Source: Eledone cirrhosa (lineage: Eukaryota). Taken from it: DNA of 64,000 nucleotides. The position numbers were made by a program, and so were the translations under genes. The notes below the pieces were generated by a model. It was not told where the DNA came from, made no database searches, and saw only the letters and a list, made by a program, of their open reading frames with translations. The stretch covers positions 54,436,001 through 54,500,000 of the forward strand of contig OZ024746.1 in assembly GCA_964016885.1 (NCBI GenBank), given 5' to 3'. Every line of letters starts with the position of its first letter. Within the stretch, counting starts at the first letter, position 1. Below, in pieces: positions 15,301-31,020 of the stretch.

Positions 15301-18300
15301 ATGGCTGATATAAGAGTTGGGTGTCTGAATGTACGCGGCCTGGGACTGTCTTGGAAACAAGGCAAACTTTTAAACGATCTCAGGTCGCATAGAACGGATG
15401 TAATGGCTATTTGCGAGTCCAGGATCAGCAGCGAGCACCAACTGGCGCCCCTCTTCGACGACTTTGAGATCTTCGCATCTCTCTGTCAACCGGGGGGTGG
15501 GAGTGGAGTTGTCGTTCTGCTGCGAAAACACCTGGGCCCTGCCATACAGAAGGTGCACCTGGACCCGGAGGGTCGACTGGTGGTTTTAGACGTCGGCAGT
15601 AGTGAAAGTGGCGCCCTTAGACTAATAGCTGTGTACGCCCCTTTTTGGGCAGCACGGCCGGAATACTTCCAACGTCTGGAAACTTTTCTGGGAACGTCCC
15701 GCTCCTTGCTTTTAGTGGGGGACTGGAATGGTATCCTGGATGCACGTTGGGACTATGTAGGGGCATGTGCCAATAGAGGGGGGTGTAAAAGCCTCAAAAG
15801 GTTAATCGGCCGATTTGACCTGGCCGATAGATATCGACTAGATTTTTCGACTGTACCACTATGGACGTGGACCAATCGCAGCGGAACATCTAGGTCGTAC
15901 CTAGATAGGGTCCTAGTTAGAGAGAAGGATAGGGACACATTTAGCTGTCCAAAAATGTTCATGGTTGACTATTCGGATCACAAGTTAGTGACCTGCATAG
16001 CCAACCTTGATAGAACCCATAGACAGGGACCCGGTTACTGGAATCTGAACTTGTCCTTACCGACAAGCAAAGCTTACAGTAAACGGATTAGCACGTTAGT
16101 TAAGCAGAGTTTGACAGGGGCAATTGTCAACAACAGGTGGTGGAGCTCTCTTAAGAGAGCAATTAGAATAGAATCGATAGGTTTTAGTCAGGAATTAGCA
16201 AGGGATAGGAACAAGACGGAAATGGAATTAGTAGATAGAGTAGAAGAGGCGATTAGGAGTGACAATGTAGCCGGCGTGCTGGCATCAAGAATGGCTTTAG
16301 ACCAGTTCTTTGAGGTGAAGCATGAAGGCTGCGTTGTCAGAAGTAAAATACGTGCTCTGGGTAATGAGGGAGCCAAAGCTGTTAGATGGGCCCGAGTGAC
16401 AGAGGCAAAAAGTGGGAACAAGTCCACGATTTGGTCTTTGAAGGACCAGGATGGGCGTGTGATCCTTGAACCTGGGCAGATGTGTGCGGCCTTTCAGCGG
16501 CACTTTGCACGACTGTTCGAGAGGGGCGGCGCGCCGGGTGAGACTATGGATTTCAATCCATACCTCGACGGTTTGCCGCGCCTCTCGGACGCGGAGGAGA
16601 AGTCCTGCGAAAGGACGATTTCAGCTGCTGAGATGGGGGCGGCGCTGATCCAATGCGGCAAACGCAAATCCCCGGGTCTCGATGGTCTACCATACGAGCT
16701 ATATGTAGTGATGCCCGACTTGTTCTCCGATATCCTCGAAGTGGTCTACTGCAACTGGCAGCAGAAGGGAGAATTCCCAGTTCTGTGACCAAGGGCGTAG
16801 TTACGCTGGTGAGGAAGGATGAGAACAAGGGGGATGACATAAGTAACTTCAGGCCCATAACTCTGCTAAATACAGAGTTAAAGATTTTGGCCAAGGTGTT
16901 AGCGAAGAGGTTGGCGCTTGTCGTCGGAAACCTGGTGGGAGAAGCGCAGACATGCGCAATCCCGTCCAGGTCCATTCACGACAATCTCCACCTTATGCGA
17001 TACATCATAGAGAGGGTAGGGAATGAACCAGGCTTTGGTGGGGCCCTGATCAACTTGGATCAATCTAAAGCTTTCGATAGGGTTGACCATCGTTACCTGG
17101 ATGCGGTGCTCGCGGCGGCAGGCTTCGGACCCGTTTTCAAGGGTCAAGGTGAACGGCCACCTCTCGGAGCCGTTCCAAATCATGCGATCCATCCGACAGG
17201 GATGCCCTCTCTCCTCCCTTCTGTATGTGCTGGCTCTTGAGCCACTACTGCGGAAGTTGGAGCGGTTGCAGGGCATCCCTTTGGAACCGGGATTGCAGAA
17301 AGCGGCGTCGGCCTACGCCGATGACGTGACAGTAATGGTGTCGAAAACCTCGCAAATCGGTGAGATCGGCACCTTACTGGAGGAATATGAAAGGTTTACA
17401 GGAGCCAAGCTGAACCGGGACAAGTCCGTCGGTTTGCAACTCGGAACTTGGAGAGGCAAACCGATGCCCTCCAACGACGTCGTCGGACGCTGGACGGAGG
17501 GCCCGGTGAAGCTGCTTGGGGTCTGGTTCGGACCAGACCTCCAGGTGGAGAAAAACTGGAACGAGGTAACGGCCAGGGTGTTTGCACTCACCCAGAAGTG
17601 GGCCCAGTGCAAACTATCCCTGAAAGGTCGAGCGGAGGTGGCGAATAATTATATAGCATCCGTCATCTACTACCGCTTGACCGTCGTGCCTTGCCCAGTG
17701 AAAAGACTCGCCAAAATGGAGTGCGCGCTGTTCCAATTTCTTTGGAACAAGCGGACTCCTTTGGTGAGGAGATCCATCTGCTGTCAACACTCTTCGGAAG
17801 GAGGGCTGGGCATGCCGTGGCTACAGATGCGTAAACACGCATTAAGGCTACGGCACCTCCAGGTATTCCTCACCGGTCAACCGGTGTGGACCCCGTTTGT
17901 GAGGCGAGCCTTTCCCAGACTCGTCTCGCTCACCGAGCTGCAATCCTGGGTCAAGCAAAGACCGAGAAAAGTGGGCGACTGGCACATTGAATGTGCCCAG
18001 GCGCTCACGGCCCTCTGGAAAGCGGACCCGGCAATCAGTGGAGACTCCACCTCGACATTCTATAGAGGGTTGGTACGCAGCAGGTGTGACGATGCTCTCG
18101 GAGAAGCTCTAGGCATGGAGGAAGATGAACTGGCCAGTCTGTTTGGTAGGACGTTTGGCCCTGGACCGATGGACAACTTCCAAAAGTCCCTGGCTTGGCA
18201 GTGCTACCGAGGGGCTCTACCCGTTCGAGACAAGCTCCACAGGCATGGGAGCCTGTGTAGGGATCCTTTGAATAAGATCTGTCCGAGATGCGTGCATGAC

Positions 18301-18682
18301 GACGAAACCGTTGCGCACGCATTCGTACACTGCCCAGGCATTGCTGACCTGTGGGGCTATGTGGAACGACTACTGTCGAGGGTGGCACCAATCCGGTTGA
18401 ACACCACCGAGTCCATTGTCACGATCAAACCGCCTCCCCCTTTCAAAAACGAAGGAGAGGCGGTTTTTCTCTAAAGAAGTTGTATGGTGGACGAGGCTGA
18501 AAGGGCTGAGGTCAGACACCCTTCTCTCCGGTCAACAACTGGTCCCCTTTTTCAAATACCATTTTCAAAGAAGGATCAGAATGGAGAGAGAGGTGCTCTA
18601 CCCCAGCAAGTTTTATGAAATGTGGGTGAAAGTAGGGAGAATGGCCAGAGTAAATGGGTCTTCTCTCTATATCAGCCTGTAG
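15301..18682 (+). pseudogene. Tx1 ORF2 copy 2, frameshifted/deleted
   Basis: Fragments 15301..16788, 16653..17240, 17083..18474, 18416..18682. 1-bp loss near 16767, ~41-bp deletion near 17139, ~17-bp deletion near 18472. Confidence 0.92.
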
Positions 18683-18994
18683 GTGAAAGAAGAGGAAAAA
18701 GAGGAGACGAGGGAAGCACCTACTCTTTGTTCTCCTGGGGAGAAGGGTTGCACATTTTTTCCGGGGTGTGTGCGACCCATGTTAATGCCCCCTCCCTATT
18801 GAGGACTTCGTTTGTTGTTGTTATTTCATTGTTATATTTTTGTATTCGTTAATTATATGTAAACCTCCCCCCTTGTATCTGTCCCTACCTTTTGTGCCCT
18901 AGTGGCAAATAAAGAAATCACTCTATATATACTATCGTATTTTCTCAGTACAATTTCTCTCTTTCTCTGTTTCTCTCCAATTTGTATATATATG

Positions 18995-19063
<69 letters not shown>

Positions 19064-19064
19064 T

Positions 19065-19155
<91 letters not shown>

Positions 19156-19159
<4 letters not shown>

Positions 19160-19298
19160 CTATGGATCTCTATCCATCACAGCCACATTTCTCACTATCT
19201 CTAAGCTTCTGTTTCTGACTATTTCACTAAAAACCTATCATATTCTCTATCGCTCTATATCTTTCACTCTTTGTACACTCTACCTAAGTTTCTATGAA
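19156..19298 (+). repeat. Direct repeat of the sequence left of the LINE/minisatellite block (6527-6669)
   Basis: cctatg(t/g)atctctatccatc...tacctaagtttctatgaa is present on both sides; 18953-18985 also matches 6211-6245. Confidence 0.85.
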
Positions 19299-19415
19299 GT
19301 AAAACAAGGTAAACTTAAAAAGTCAGGAATATTTTTTCTTTGTTTAATCGATCGCCTCAGCCTTTATATAATAGCTGCCGTAATAGTATATGTATATACA
19401 TATATATATATATAT

Positions 19416-20144
19416 ACGAACATGCTAGACAACAACATGACGGTAACATAGACAACATAGAAATTAGAATAATATCTAAACATAGGAATGACCCAGCAGA
19501 TAGGCAAATCAGAGAGGCCAGTGAAATAGAAATTAGAAGACCAAAGCTAAACAGAAAGAATGAGTGGAACAACAACAACACCCAAACAAACAACACTGAC
19601 CTAAGAGAAGTATAAATAAGTAAATAAAATAAGATAAAATAAGATAAATAAATACATACACAAGCACAATAACAACAAGCACATAAACACACACTAATCA
19701 CCTAGCAGACACAACACTATACACACTAGTTACACATCACACATAACACTATACAAACACGCAAACGCATGCGCAAAGAAGACAAAATAAAATAAGATAA
19801 ACAAACAAGCAAATAAATAAATAAATATATAGACAGACTGAATAAAAAATGGCGTAGACATACAACACAACAGGAGGAACAATGAATATAACACCACTGA
19901 CGATGTTGCAGATGTGCAACGAAAGATTTATGTAAATTATGTAAACTATATATATATATATGTGTTTGTGTCTATATTGTATCTGTATTATTTTTGACAG
20001 CCGGTCAGTCAATGGCAACATTGAGGACCGAGTAAGTTAGATCGCAGATATAAAAGACAGCGAGAAGCAAAAACCAACCAAACAGTGAGTGTGTTCTGTT
20101 ATTAATTCTGGCAATATTACGCAAATATGACCCTCCCCAAGTAT

Positions 20145-20149
<5 letters not shown>
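19416..20149 (+). mobile_element. Penelope-like 3' fragment (GIY-YIG C-terminus, degenerate HHR, terminal motif)
   Basis: EHARQQH..RQIREASEI..PKLNRKNEW peptide; ctgacga-gttgca..tgcaac-gaaa near 19897-19924; ends atgaccctccccaagtataacaa-(TA)n. Confidence 0.7.
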
Positions 20150-20226
<77 letters not shown>

Positions 20227-20230
<4 letters not shown>

Positions 20231-21107
20231 AGAACAAAAGATGGTTAGAAGAGTTCCATGTATTTTATTATACGCATTTCAAAAACAAATATCATCATGC
20301 AATAATATTTGTGTTTTCATCAGATAAAACATTAAGACATGATATGAAGGTTAAAAAAACACTTGTGGATAGTTCAGTTTTAAATCAACATATGAGAAGT
20401 AGTTTTAGATTGATGTGTGATATTGGGAAAAATATTTTATTTAGGGGGGGGGGAGGAAAAAGAGGAGGAGATGAGAGTAAAAAGTGGAGAGGGAGGAGTA
20501 TAATGAGGAAGGATGAGATAGGAGGAGAGATGGGTGATAGAGAGAGAGAGATAGCTTTTATAACTGAGAAAGATATATTGTTTTACAGGTTGAAAACCGT
20601 TGGAAGGTAATGTATAAATTAAAAGAATTTGAAAATTAACGAAGAGAAAAATAATGTAAAGTTAAGGTTTGTATATTTTCAACCTCTCTCTGTAAAACAA
20701 TATATCTTTCTCAGTTTTAAAAGCTATCTCTCTCTCTCTATCACCCATCTCTCCTCCTATCTCATCCTTCCTCATTATACTCCTCCTTCTCCACTTTTTA
20801 CTCTCATCTCCTCCTCTTTTTCATCCCCCCCCCCCTCTAAATAAAATATTTTTCCCAATATCACACATCAATCTAAAACTACTTCTCATATGTTGATTTA
20901 AAACTGAACTATCCACAAGTGTTTCTTTAACCTTCATATCATGTCTTCATGTTTTATCTGATGAAAACACAAATATTATTGCATGATGGTATTTGTTTTT
21001 GAAATGCGCATAATAAAATACATGGAACTCTTCTAACCATCTTTTGTCCTTATATATATTATGTAGAGTGCTTATTATCCGATATCTACAATAAAACTCA
21101 CCTCCTA

Positions 21108-21110
<3 letters not shown>
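20227..21110. mobile_element. Fold-back PLE-type element, arms ~20227-20596 and ~20677-21054, extra tail to 21110
   Basis: ~370-bp inverted arms, outward-facing HHRs, (TA)n on both sides. Confidence 0.8.
20952..21018 (+). ncRNA. Type I hammerhead ribozyme (mirror copy on - strand at 20263-20329)
   Basis: ttttat-CTGATGA-[long stem II]-GAAA-tgcgca-TA-ataaaa. Confidence 0.8.
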
Positions 21111-21152
<42 letters not shown>

Positions 21153-21159
21153 CATATAT

Positions 21160-21278
<119 letters not shown>

Positions 21279-21793
21279 TATAAATCTATATATCTATATT
21301 TTTGCATATATGTATATATGTATATATATATATATATAAATGTACACCTATATTTATGTATAAATATGTATGAATATATATAAATGTACACCTATATTTA
21401 TGTATATGTATGTATTCAGAGAGATACAGACAGAGAGAGATGGGGAGAGTGAGAGAGAGAGATAAACGGAGAGAGGTGGATGAGAGAGGGAGAACTACAT
21501 CGGATTTATACTAGTAAAGTAAACACATGTCGATCAAAGTATGGCGTGCTTCATCTGATTGTTGGACGATAACTAGACGTGCTTATGCCAATAATATTTA
21601 TCTAACCATTTTCTATAGCACTATACATATGTGTAGTATGTGTCTATAAGACATACACAAATGTGCGTAAACACACATTCTTGCATACACCCAAACAAGC
21701 ACACACATATGTATGTATATGTGTTTATCTGTACGTATATTTATAATGCGAGAAATATTGAGACACAAATGCATGCACTCATTTAAGTATATA

Positions 21794-21869
<76 letters not shown>

Positions 21870-21879
21870 TATATATATA

Positions 21880-21918
<39 letters not shown>

Positions 21919-21940
21919 GTGTGTATAATATACTTATATA

Positions 21941-22000
<60 letters not shown>

Positions 22001-22001
22001 C

Positions 22002-22114
<113 letters not shown>

Positions 22115-22383
22115 TAAATATATTTTTGTATATACAAATATATATATATATACACACATATATTGAAGTATGTGTGTGTATATATGATATATATTAAGCG
22201 TATTCGTATCTGTTTCTATATTTCTCGCTTTGTAGATATAGGTACAGATACACACTTATACGTATGTATGTGTTTGTGTGAGTGTGTTTAGGTTTGAGTA
22301 TGTGTGACTTTACGCACCTTTCTGTACGCTTTACAGATACGTATTACACATGTATAGAGCTATTGAAAATGATATATATATAT

Positions 22384-22451
<68 letters not shown>

Positions 22452-22453
<2 letters not shown>

Positions 22454-22645
22454 AGGAAAAAGTATGAACCCGACTGCAGAGCTCAAGCCGTTTCGACGGC
22501 TATTTCAGTCCAGAAGCAGCCGTCGAAACGGCTTGAGTTCTGCCGTCGGGGTCATACTTTTTCCTACTTCCCACTCGACTACCCTAAGTATTGAGTACTC
22601 TGGTGCGTTCTGGTACATCTGGTTCCTTACCACAATTCCTTTGTT
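22452..22645. mobile_element. Miniature fold-back PLE derivative (family also at 25825-25998, 44648-46079, 62518-62575)
   Basis: ~48-bp inverted arms aggaaaaagtatga.cccgac.gcagagctcaagccgtttcgacggct plus an ~80-bp tail with ttgagtactc, in (TA)n. Confidence 0.75.
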
Positions 22646-22656
22646 ATATATATATA

Positions 22657-22760
<104 letters not shown>

Positions 22761-23569
22761 AACATATATCGATTTTGATTCTGTTTTGCAAGATTCTTCA
22801 TCTCCAAATATCTATTTAAATAGATATTATTTGTGAGGGTCATAGTGTCAATAAAATACACACACTAGTTGTTTTCATCATCAAATTTATTAACAGTTAT
22901 CTAATTTATCAGTTAGTCTAATAAGCGGATGCTTATATAATTGTCATATTTAATTGTCAAACTCTCTCGTCACACATTCTGTGATATTCTCTATGGCTAT
23001 TCTGGCTGATGTGTTTTTCCTGTTTTTGTCTTCTATTTACTCCATTTTGTATTTCTGTTGTGTCTATTTAGTCTATTTAGTTTGTACTTGCATGTATGAG
23101 TGTCTTCGTGTGCTGTTACTTCCAAAGCTTTCTGTATTACTGAACTAATAATAAAACTGAAGGGATATTCAACTGGTGTGTGTTTGAATTAGAAATATAG
23201 CCCTCACAAAGCATTATATATATATATATATAGTTAAAAGAATAGAGGTGTAACACACAAGTTATTATATATTGGTAAACGGAATAGAAAATGCTGACAA
23301 ATTGTTCACAGTTGAAAAATGGTTTAATTAGGAATAAAAGAGTATTAGTGATTGTATGGGTTAGTATTCAGTTGTGGTTTTAAGTTTTTAAGTTTTTACC
23401 GGTTGCGCATTTCTAAATGCTTTTCAAAAATAATTTTGAGATAGAGTGTCCGTGCTGTTTGCTCTGATTAGAGCAGCGATTTTTTGCTTAAACTTTAATC
23501 TGATATTTTAATAAATATATATATGTATATATGTATATGTATATATGTATATGTATATATATATATACG

Positions 23570-23609
<40 letters not shown>

Positions 23610-23627
23610 TATGCATATATACATATA

Positions 23628-23674
<47 letters not shown>

Positions 23675-23708
23675 CGTACATACTCACCCACCCACAAACA
23701 CACACTTA

Positions 23709-23778
<70 letters not shown>

Positions 23779-24669
23779 ATATATATACTCCCACATTTGC
23801 AGAGAACGCCGTTACATGTTCACTTGTCTAGCATGTTCAAATCTCCGTAAGAGCACGCACTAACAGCAACACATATGAGAGCAGGTACACATGCACCAGT
23901 TACGTCTGCATACATTATGTTCAATATAAAGATGGCAGTTATAAATCTGAAACATCTTCCATAAGTCTGCTGAAGAAGAAGGAATAGTAGTAGTAGTAGT
24001 AGTAGTAGTAGAAGAAGAAGAAGAAGAAGAAGGAAGAGGAGGCGAACAGCAATGGCAACAAAAATGATAACAACAACAACACAACAAGATACATTCTAGT
24101 CGTTACTTATGTATCTACTCATGCTTGCACTGGTATTAGCAACACCCTGGCAGTGATTCAAATGAGACAGAATTGCCTCTGTCTAAAGAGATAAGCCAGC
24201 TGGTTATTTAAATTGTGTATCCGTTATATACATCAGTTTTTTTCTCACAAAACAAAATTGCGAATACTTTATCCAGAGAATTGACCTGGGAAAGGAACTG
24301 AAGTTGACATTTCATTTGGTTCTGCTCATTTTTACTGTTGACCGTGTATAAATTGATATCGAACTGAGTAAGGAGGTAGTTTGAGGGGCCAGGAAGTCAG
24401 ATGTCTCCACTTTTGTAGTTTTGAAGAAGGCAGCTATCGTGGTGCTGCTGGTAATTTGTCAATTTTTGTCACTTAGCCTACTGGGCTAAGAAGCATGATG
24501 ACATTCCCCGTCATGTCACAGGAGAAATAGTCACCGCAGGTCGCATCCCAAATTTTAGATATACTGCCTTGAATAGTCTGATTTAAGACAAAACATATAC
24601 AAACTCACAAGCACACACACATAAGCATACACACAGACGCGCACAGACCCCACAAGCACATACACATAC

Positions 24670-24708
<39 letters not shown>

Positions 24709-24993
24709 AATAATTTGACGAGCTATATCTCGCTATTTATGGTACTGCAACATCATACTACTCACTGTTCTCCACAATGTTAACTGGAGTTAAAGTATTG
24801 AAGAGTATATCTCTCCGGAATGCGTTAATGAATTTATAAAAACTGAAGAGATTCATCAGGGCAATCAACAATTGTTCAATATATTCAGCGGCTTAATGAT
24901 CATTAAATCATCGGATTATGACATCAAAGTTATTGGAATATATATATATATATATATATATACCAATAACTTTGATGTCATAATCGGAAGATA

Positions 24994-25024
<31 letters not shown>

Positions 25025-25824
25025 TGTTACAGCTCACACCTATGCAGGTTAGCTAGCCTCCTCCAAGGTATATCTCGTTGGAGGTATCTTGGGTGATTTA
25101 ATGGTAGGGACCCCATTCGTATCATCTCATTTCTACAGCTGAGTAAACTGGAGCAACGTAAAATAAAGTTGCTTGTACAAGGAAACAACACATCACCCGG
25201 CCCGAGAATTGAACTCACAACCTTTCGATTGCAAGCCCAATGCTCTAACCACTAAGCCATGCGCCTTCACATATATATATTGATATATCCCACAAAATAA
25301 TTTTGATCATTACCAAAAGTTAATACAGCTAACATTGAACTATTAATAATCGGGTCAGATGGTAAGAAGACCAAAGCAAACAGCCCGGCGTTTGGTGAAA
25401 CTAGCACTAGTTTCACGAAAAGCCTGGCTGTTAATAATAATTACGGGAACACGTTTATGTTCAAAGTCAGTTGTAACACTCAGAACCGGCCCTGGATCTT
25501 CAGGTGTTATGTCCAGTAAAACAACAGAGCGAAAAATAAAGACATTTTCTCCTGTATATCGAAGCTAGAATCCCACATCTCTCTCTCATATGTTTGTCAT
25601 CACAAGGAAGGTAGTAGTAATTCTGTGGTGTTGAACAGACTTTGGGAAAAGGCCGGTAATTCACTCGCCTCTTATGGGATGTAATCGAAACGGGGATTTG
25701 ATCTCACATTTAAATTTATATTTAAGTTGAAAATCACAATACCGCGATATAAATATGTGTGGTCTTACAGATATATTAAAACCCCCACACTCGTATATAT
25801 ATATACATATATACATATATATAT

Positions 25825-26378
<554 letters not shown>

Positions 26379-26509
26379 ATATATAAAGGAGAGAATACAT
26401 GAAAAGAACATGTTTTTTCATTACAGGGTGTATGTTACCACTAGAGTGAAAGATATAAAAACTGCAAAAGGTACGGGAAATACAACGCGGGAAATACAAA
26501 CCGTTGCTT

Positions 26510-26598
<89 letters not shown>

Positions 26599-27103
26599 AG
26601 TGTGTGTGTGTGTGCGTGCGTCTGTGTATGAGTGTATCAGGGTTACTTTTGCCGTTTAGTCATTAAAGGAATTTAATACCCATGACCCTCTCCAGGGCGG
26701 CCGAGAATCGGGATAGGATAAAGAAATCCTTTCCGAACCGATTATCTGCTCTATATGCTTGCAGCTGAGTTGACTCCTCAAAAGGCATCCAAGGATCAAT
26801 TTTTTTCTTTTGATTGGGATGACGGTATATGTATATCATCCTACTATAGCACCCAAGACAACGACTATCCTCTATGTCCTTCTTTACTTTTAAACGATCT
26901 ATCACTTGAGGGGAATTTGGTTGATATTTTTAACTGGCTGAGTGACAACAAAGAAGCTTCCTAACTTAGTATTTTAAAGATTTACCCTGTAGGAAACGAG
27001 GGAATTTAGACATATTTCGATCAATGAAAACATTATTGGCAATGTGCACAGATTATCTGCTAAATATATGTGTGTATACATATAATATACAGTATATATA
27101 TAT

Positions 27104-27137
<34 letters not shown>

Positions 27138-27220
27138 TGTTATACTTTGGGAGGGTCATGTTGCCAATAACAACACACGATTTCAGATAAAGAATCTTGC
27201 TAAACAAATTCAGAAACGAA

Positions 27221-27262
<42 letters not shown>

Positions 27263-28398
27263 TAAGAGAAAGGGGGAGAGAAAGAGATAGAAGGAGAGAG
27301 ATATACAGTTAGACAGACAGAGAATGAAGGTGAGTGTGAAGTTGTAGTACCTCGGGTAAAAGCAAAAAATAACATGTAACATGCTAACAACAATCAATAT
27401 TCTCTTTATATATATGTTGGCTGTTGGTAAGATAAATTGATGTATTTAAATACATAAATAATAATGTGTTAAGGCAGCGAATTAGCAGAATATATAGAAT
27501 TTTGGATTAAATGCTTAGGTATTTCTTCTGATCCATCCACAATCAACTTCTGCAGTCAATAAACAAATTACCCTCCAGGGGAGTTGGATTAGCAGAATTG
27601 TTAGACATTTAGACATTATTCTTTGTGGTGTTCGATCCAAGTTATTGTGAACAACAGATAAAACCAACAATGGAAAGAGTAATGGGTGTATAGTTTCTTT
27701 GCTGCGATCTGACAATCGGTACATTTTTTTCTCCTATAGTAAGCTCACAATATGATTCTAGCTCACTGGCGGTGCTGAATTGTTTGCGGCCACAAGAAGA
27801 CAATTCCAGTGGCTTTTCTATGTGGATTGTAACTTAAGAAATCAACTAGAGAAGACACTACTTGGTTACCTAACATGACGGAAAGAGAATACACATCTAG
27901 CAATGTAACATCTTTTAATAACAGGGTAACATTAGATAATATACTCCACAGCCATCAACACCAGCTACAAAAATAGTTACTATGACAACTCAAGGGCCAT
28001 GCAATATTACACACATCACATGAGTGTTTCTATAATTTACAAGAGCTTCTATAAATTTTGAGTCTTGATGGATGTGTTTAAAATATGTTTTTAAACAGGA
28101 CATTGTCTGCAGTAATCACGCATCAATGAATTTGCCTCACTACTCAACCCCGTACACCTTTTGACATCGGAGAGTCAGGAACATATGTTTCAATAAGTGG
28201 TGCGTGTGAAACACTGCTATACAAGAGTAGAAGACACTCTATCATCACGCAACCATGCCAATATTTCCACGAGATTATTATTCAATATGAGGATAGTACA
28301 CAAGGATGCAATCAAATCAAATCAAAACAAAATAGAATATCATTGAAAAATTTCAAAATAATATTTTCTAATACTAAACAACACTAGACAATGTATGA

Positions 28399-28487
<89 letters not shown>

Positions 28488-28563
28488 TATGTATGTATAT
28501 ATAATATATATATATATGTATATATGTATATATATATATATAAATGTATATGTATATATATAA

Positions 28564-28628
<65 letters not shown>

Positions 28629-28647
28629 TATGTATATATATATATGT

Positions 28648-28773
<126 letters not shown>

Positions 28774-29110
28774 ATCTTTCTCTTCATCTCTGTCATCATC
28801 CAGCAATCATTTTGTTTAGAGAGAGATATGAGCTTGGATCTGTGAGTTCTGTCAAGTGTGACTAGCAACGGCACTTAATGCATGAGGCTTGACAGTTCAC
28901 ATTAATTACTGCTCTATATCATGAAAGAAAAAAAAACAAAGCAGTATGGGTGAGGAAAACGAGGAAATATATGAGTATCTTTATGTGTTAGTATATATAT
29001 ATGTGTAAACGTATCACGCTCACTGCATAATAATGCAAACGTATATTAGTCATATTTCTGAAAGATCGATTGCATATGTGTATATGTATTAATGTGGGTG
29101 TCTATGTAGA

Positions 29111-29177
<67 letters not shown>

Positions 29178-29331
29178 AGTGTGTGTGTGTGTGAGAAAAA
29201 CCACAGACCCTCCATCTCAACTCTACTTTTGTAAAGCAGAAGAACTGCGAAACCGGTAAAGGAAACCAAATAAATATATATATTTTTTTAAAAATAAGAC
29301 TCCAGTTGCATTTTCGATTTCATCTTTTTTT

Positions 29332-29374
<43 letters not shown>

Positions 29375-29377
<3 letters not shown>

Positions 29378-29819
29378 GATATTAACAAATAGAAACTATA
29401 TTTATAAAACCGTATTTATTTCATTATACATATTTCAAGGACACCAAGTTAAATTATGGTGTGCTTTCATCAGATAAAATATAATATAGAGCAGTTTTAT
29501 AAATAAATATTGACATACCCTTAAAGAATGCAACCATTACTGTTGGAAGCTCCCGGGTCTTCCAACGGTAATTGTTGCATTCTTTAAGGGTATGTCAATA
29601 TTTATTTATAAAACTGCTCTATATTATATTTTATCTGATGAAAGCACACCACAATTTAACTTGGTGTCCTTGAAATATGTATAATGAAATAAATATGGTT
29701 TTATAAATATAGTTTCCATTTGTTAATATCGTATTTTTACTCCAATTATTTGTTGAGTGCTTTATATCAGTTATAAAAATATTTGGTTTGTTGCATCCCA
29801 ACAATTTAAATATAACTTT

Positions 29820-29821
<2 letters not shown>
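29375..29821. mobile_element. Near-perfect fold-back PLE-type element (175-bp arms, 9-nt loop) with tail
   Basis: Arms 29375-29549 and 29559-29733; the tail also occurs reversed at 5611-5735; (TA)n flanks. Confidence 0.85.
29628..29690 (+). ncRNA. Type I hammerhead ribozyme (mirror copy on - strand at 29418-29480)
   Basis: attttat-CTGATGA-aagcacacca..tggtgtcctt-GAAA-tatgta-TA-atgaaat. Confidence 0.75.
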
Positions 29822-29876
<55 letters not shown>

Positions 29877-29904
29877 GTATATATATATATATGTATGTAT
29901 GTAT

Positions 29905-29975
<71 letters not shown>

Positions 29976-29976
29976 C

Positions 29977-30022
<46 letters not shown>

Positions 30023-30065
30023 ATGTATGTATATATATATACATTTGTATATGTATGTATATATA

Positions 30066-30110
<45 letters not shown>

Positions 30111-31020
30111 TTATTAAAATAACAGATTAAAGTTTAAGCAAAGAATCGCTGCTTTCACCCTTCATTATTATTACTATATATATATATATGTGTGTGTGTG
30201 TTTGTGTGTGTAAATATATGTGTATGTATATACTTGTAAAGATACACGCAATGACAAACATAGTATGATTAAATATTACTTCTGTAAGGATTGCAGAAGG
30301 GGTACTCATTACAAGATTCAGAGGATATGTTGTGTTCATACTTTCTGGCTATTGTGATATATATATATATCTTATGTTCACCGAATTCAGGGACTAGACT
30401 CCTTCTTCCTCCCGTTTGACCTGTACGGAATTCCTTCCTTGCTCACATTTCGACTAGGTTTGATGGTCTTTATTCTCGTTCACGATTTCCCCGAACTTAC
30501 ATTCATAGAAATCTGGGACCTGACTCTTTCTTCCTCGCTTTTCGTTGCATTACCATCTTTGATTGTTTACAGTCTCCCTCGTTTCCCTTATTTACGTGTC
30601 CCAACGACTTTCTTTATCCGTTGCTCGCACCAACCGGACGTATATGGTCTTTAAAGCGATGAAATATCAATGATGGTTGGAAGACCACTGATGAATGACT
30701 AACTTTATTCATATAGTAACCCATTTGCAACCACGCAGCACGTTTGTTTTCATATTCACACATATATTTTCCTCCGCTGTGACCCGTCTATTTCGTTCTT
30801 ATTGCTTCCTCTTTCTCTGTATCTTTCACCTCCCTTTACCCTCTCTAACAGTCACTCTCTCTGTTAGCCTATTCCTCACTCAGCACTCACTCACTCTCTA
30901 CAACTACCTCTCCTACTTCCTCCCGTTTGACCTGTGCGTAATTCTTTTCTTGCGCACGCTAGTTGTTCCTATTTTTCTCTCTTGTCTACGATTACCTTAT
31001 GCATATTAACATATATTTAT

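Larger units (their letters stand above)
13344..18919 (+). mobile_element. Full-length Tx1-clade non-LTR retrotransposon, copy 2 (inactivated)
   Basis: Colinear, highly similar to copy 1 (offset 6069 bp at the 5' end), with the same termini. Confidence 0.92.

Noticed and set aside
27780-28000. Possible host exon
   Set aside because: No recognisable domain or convincing splice and frame evidence.
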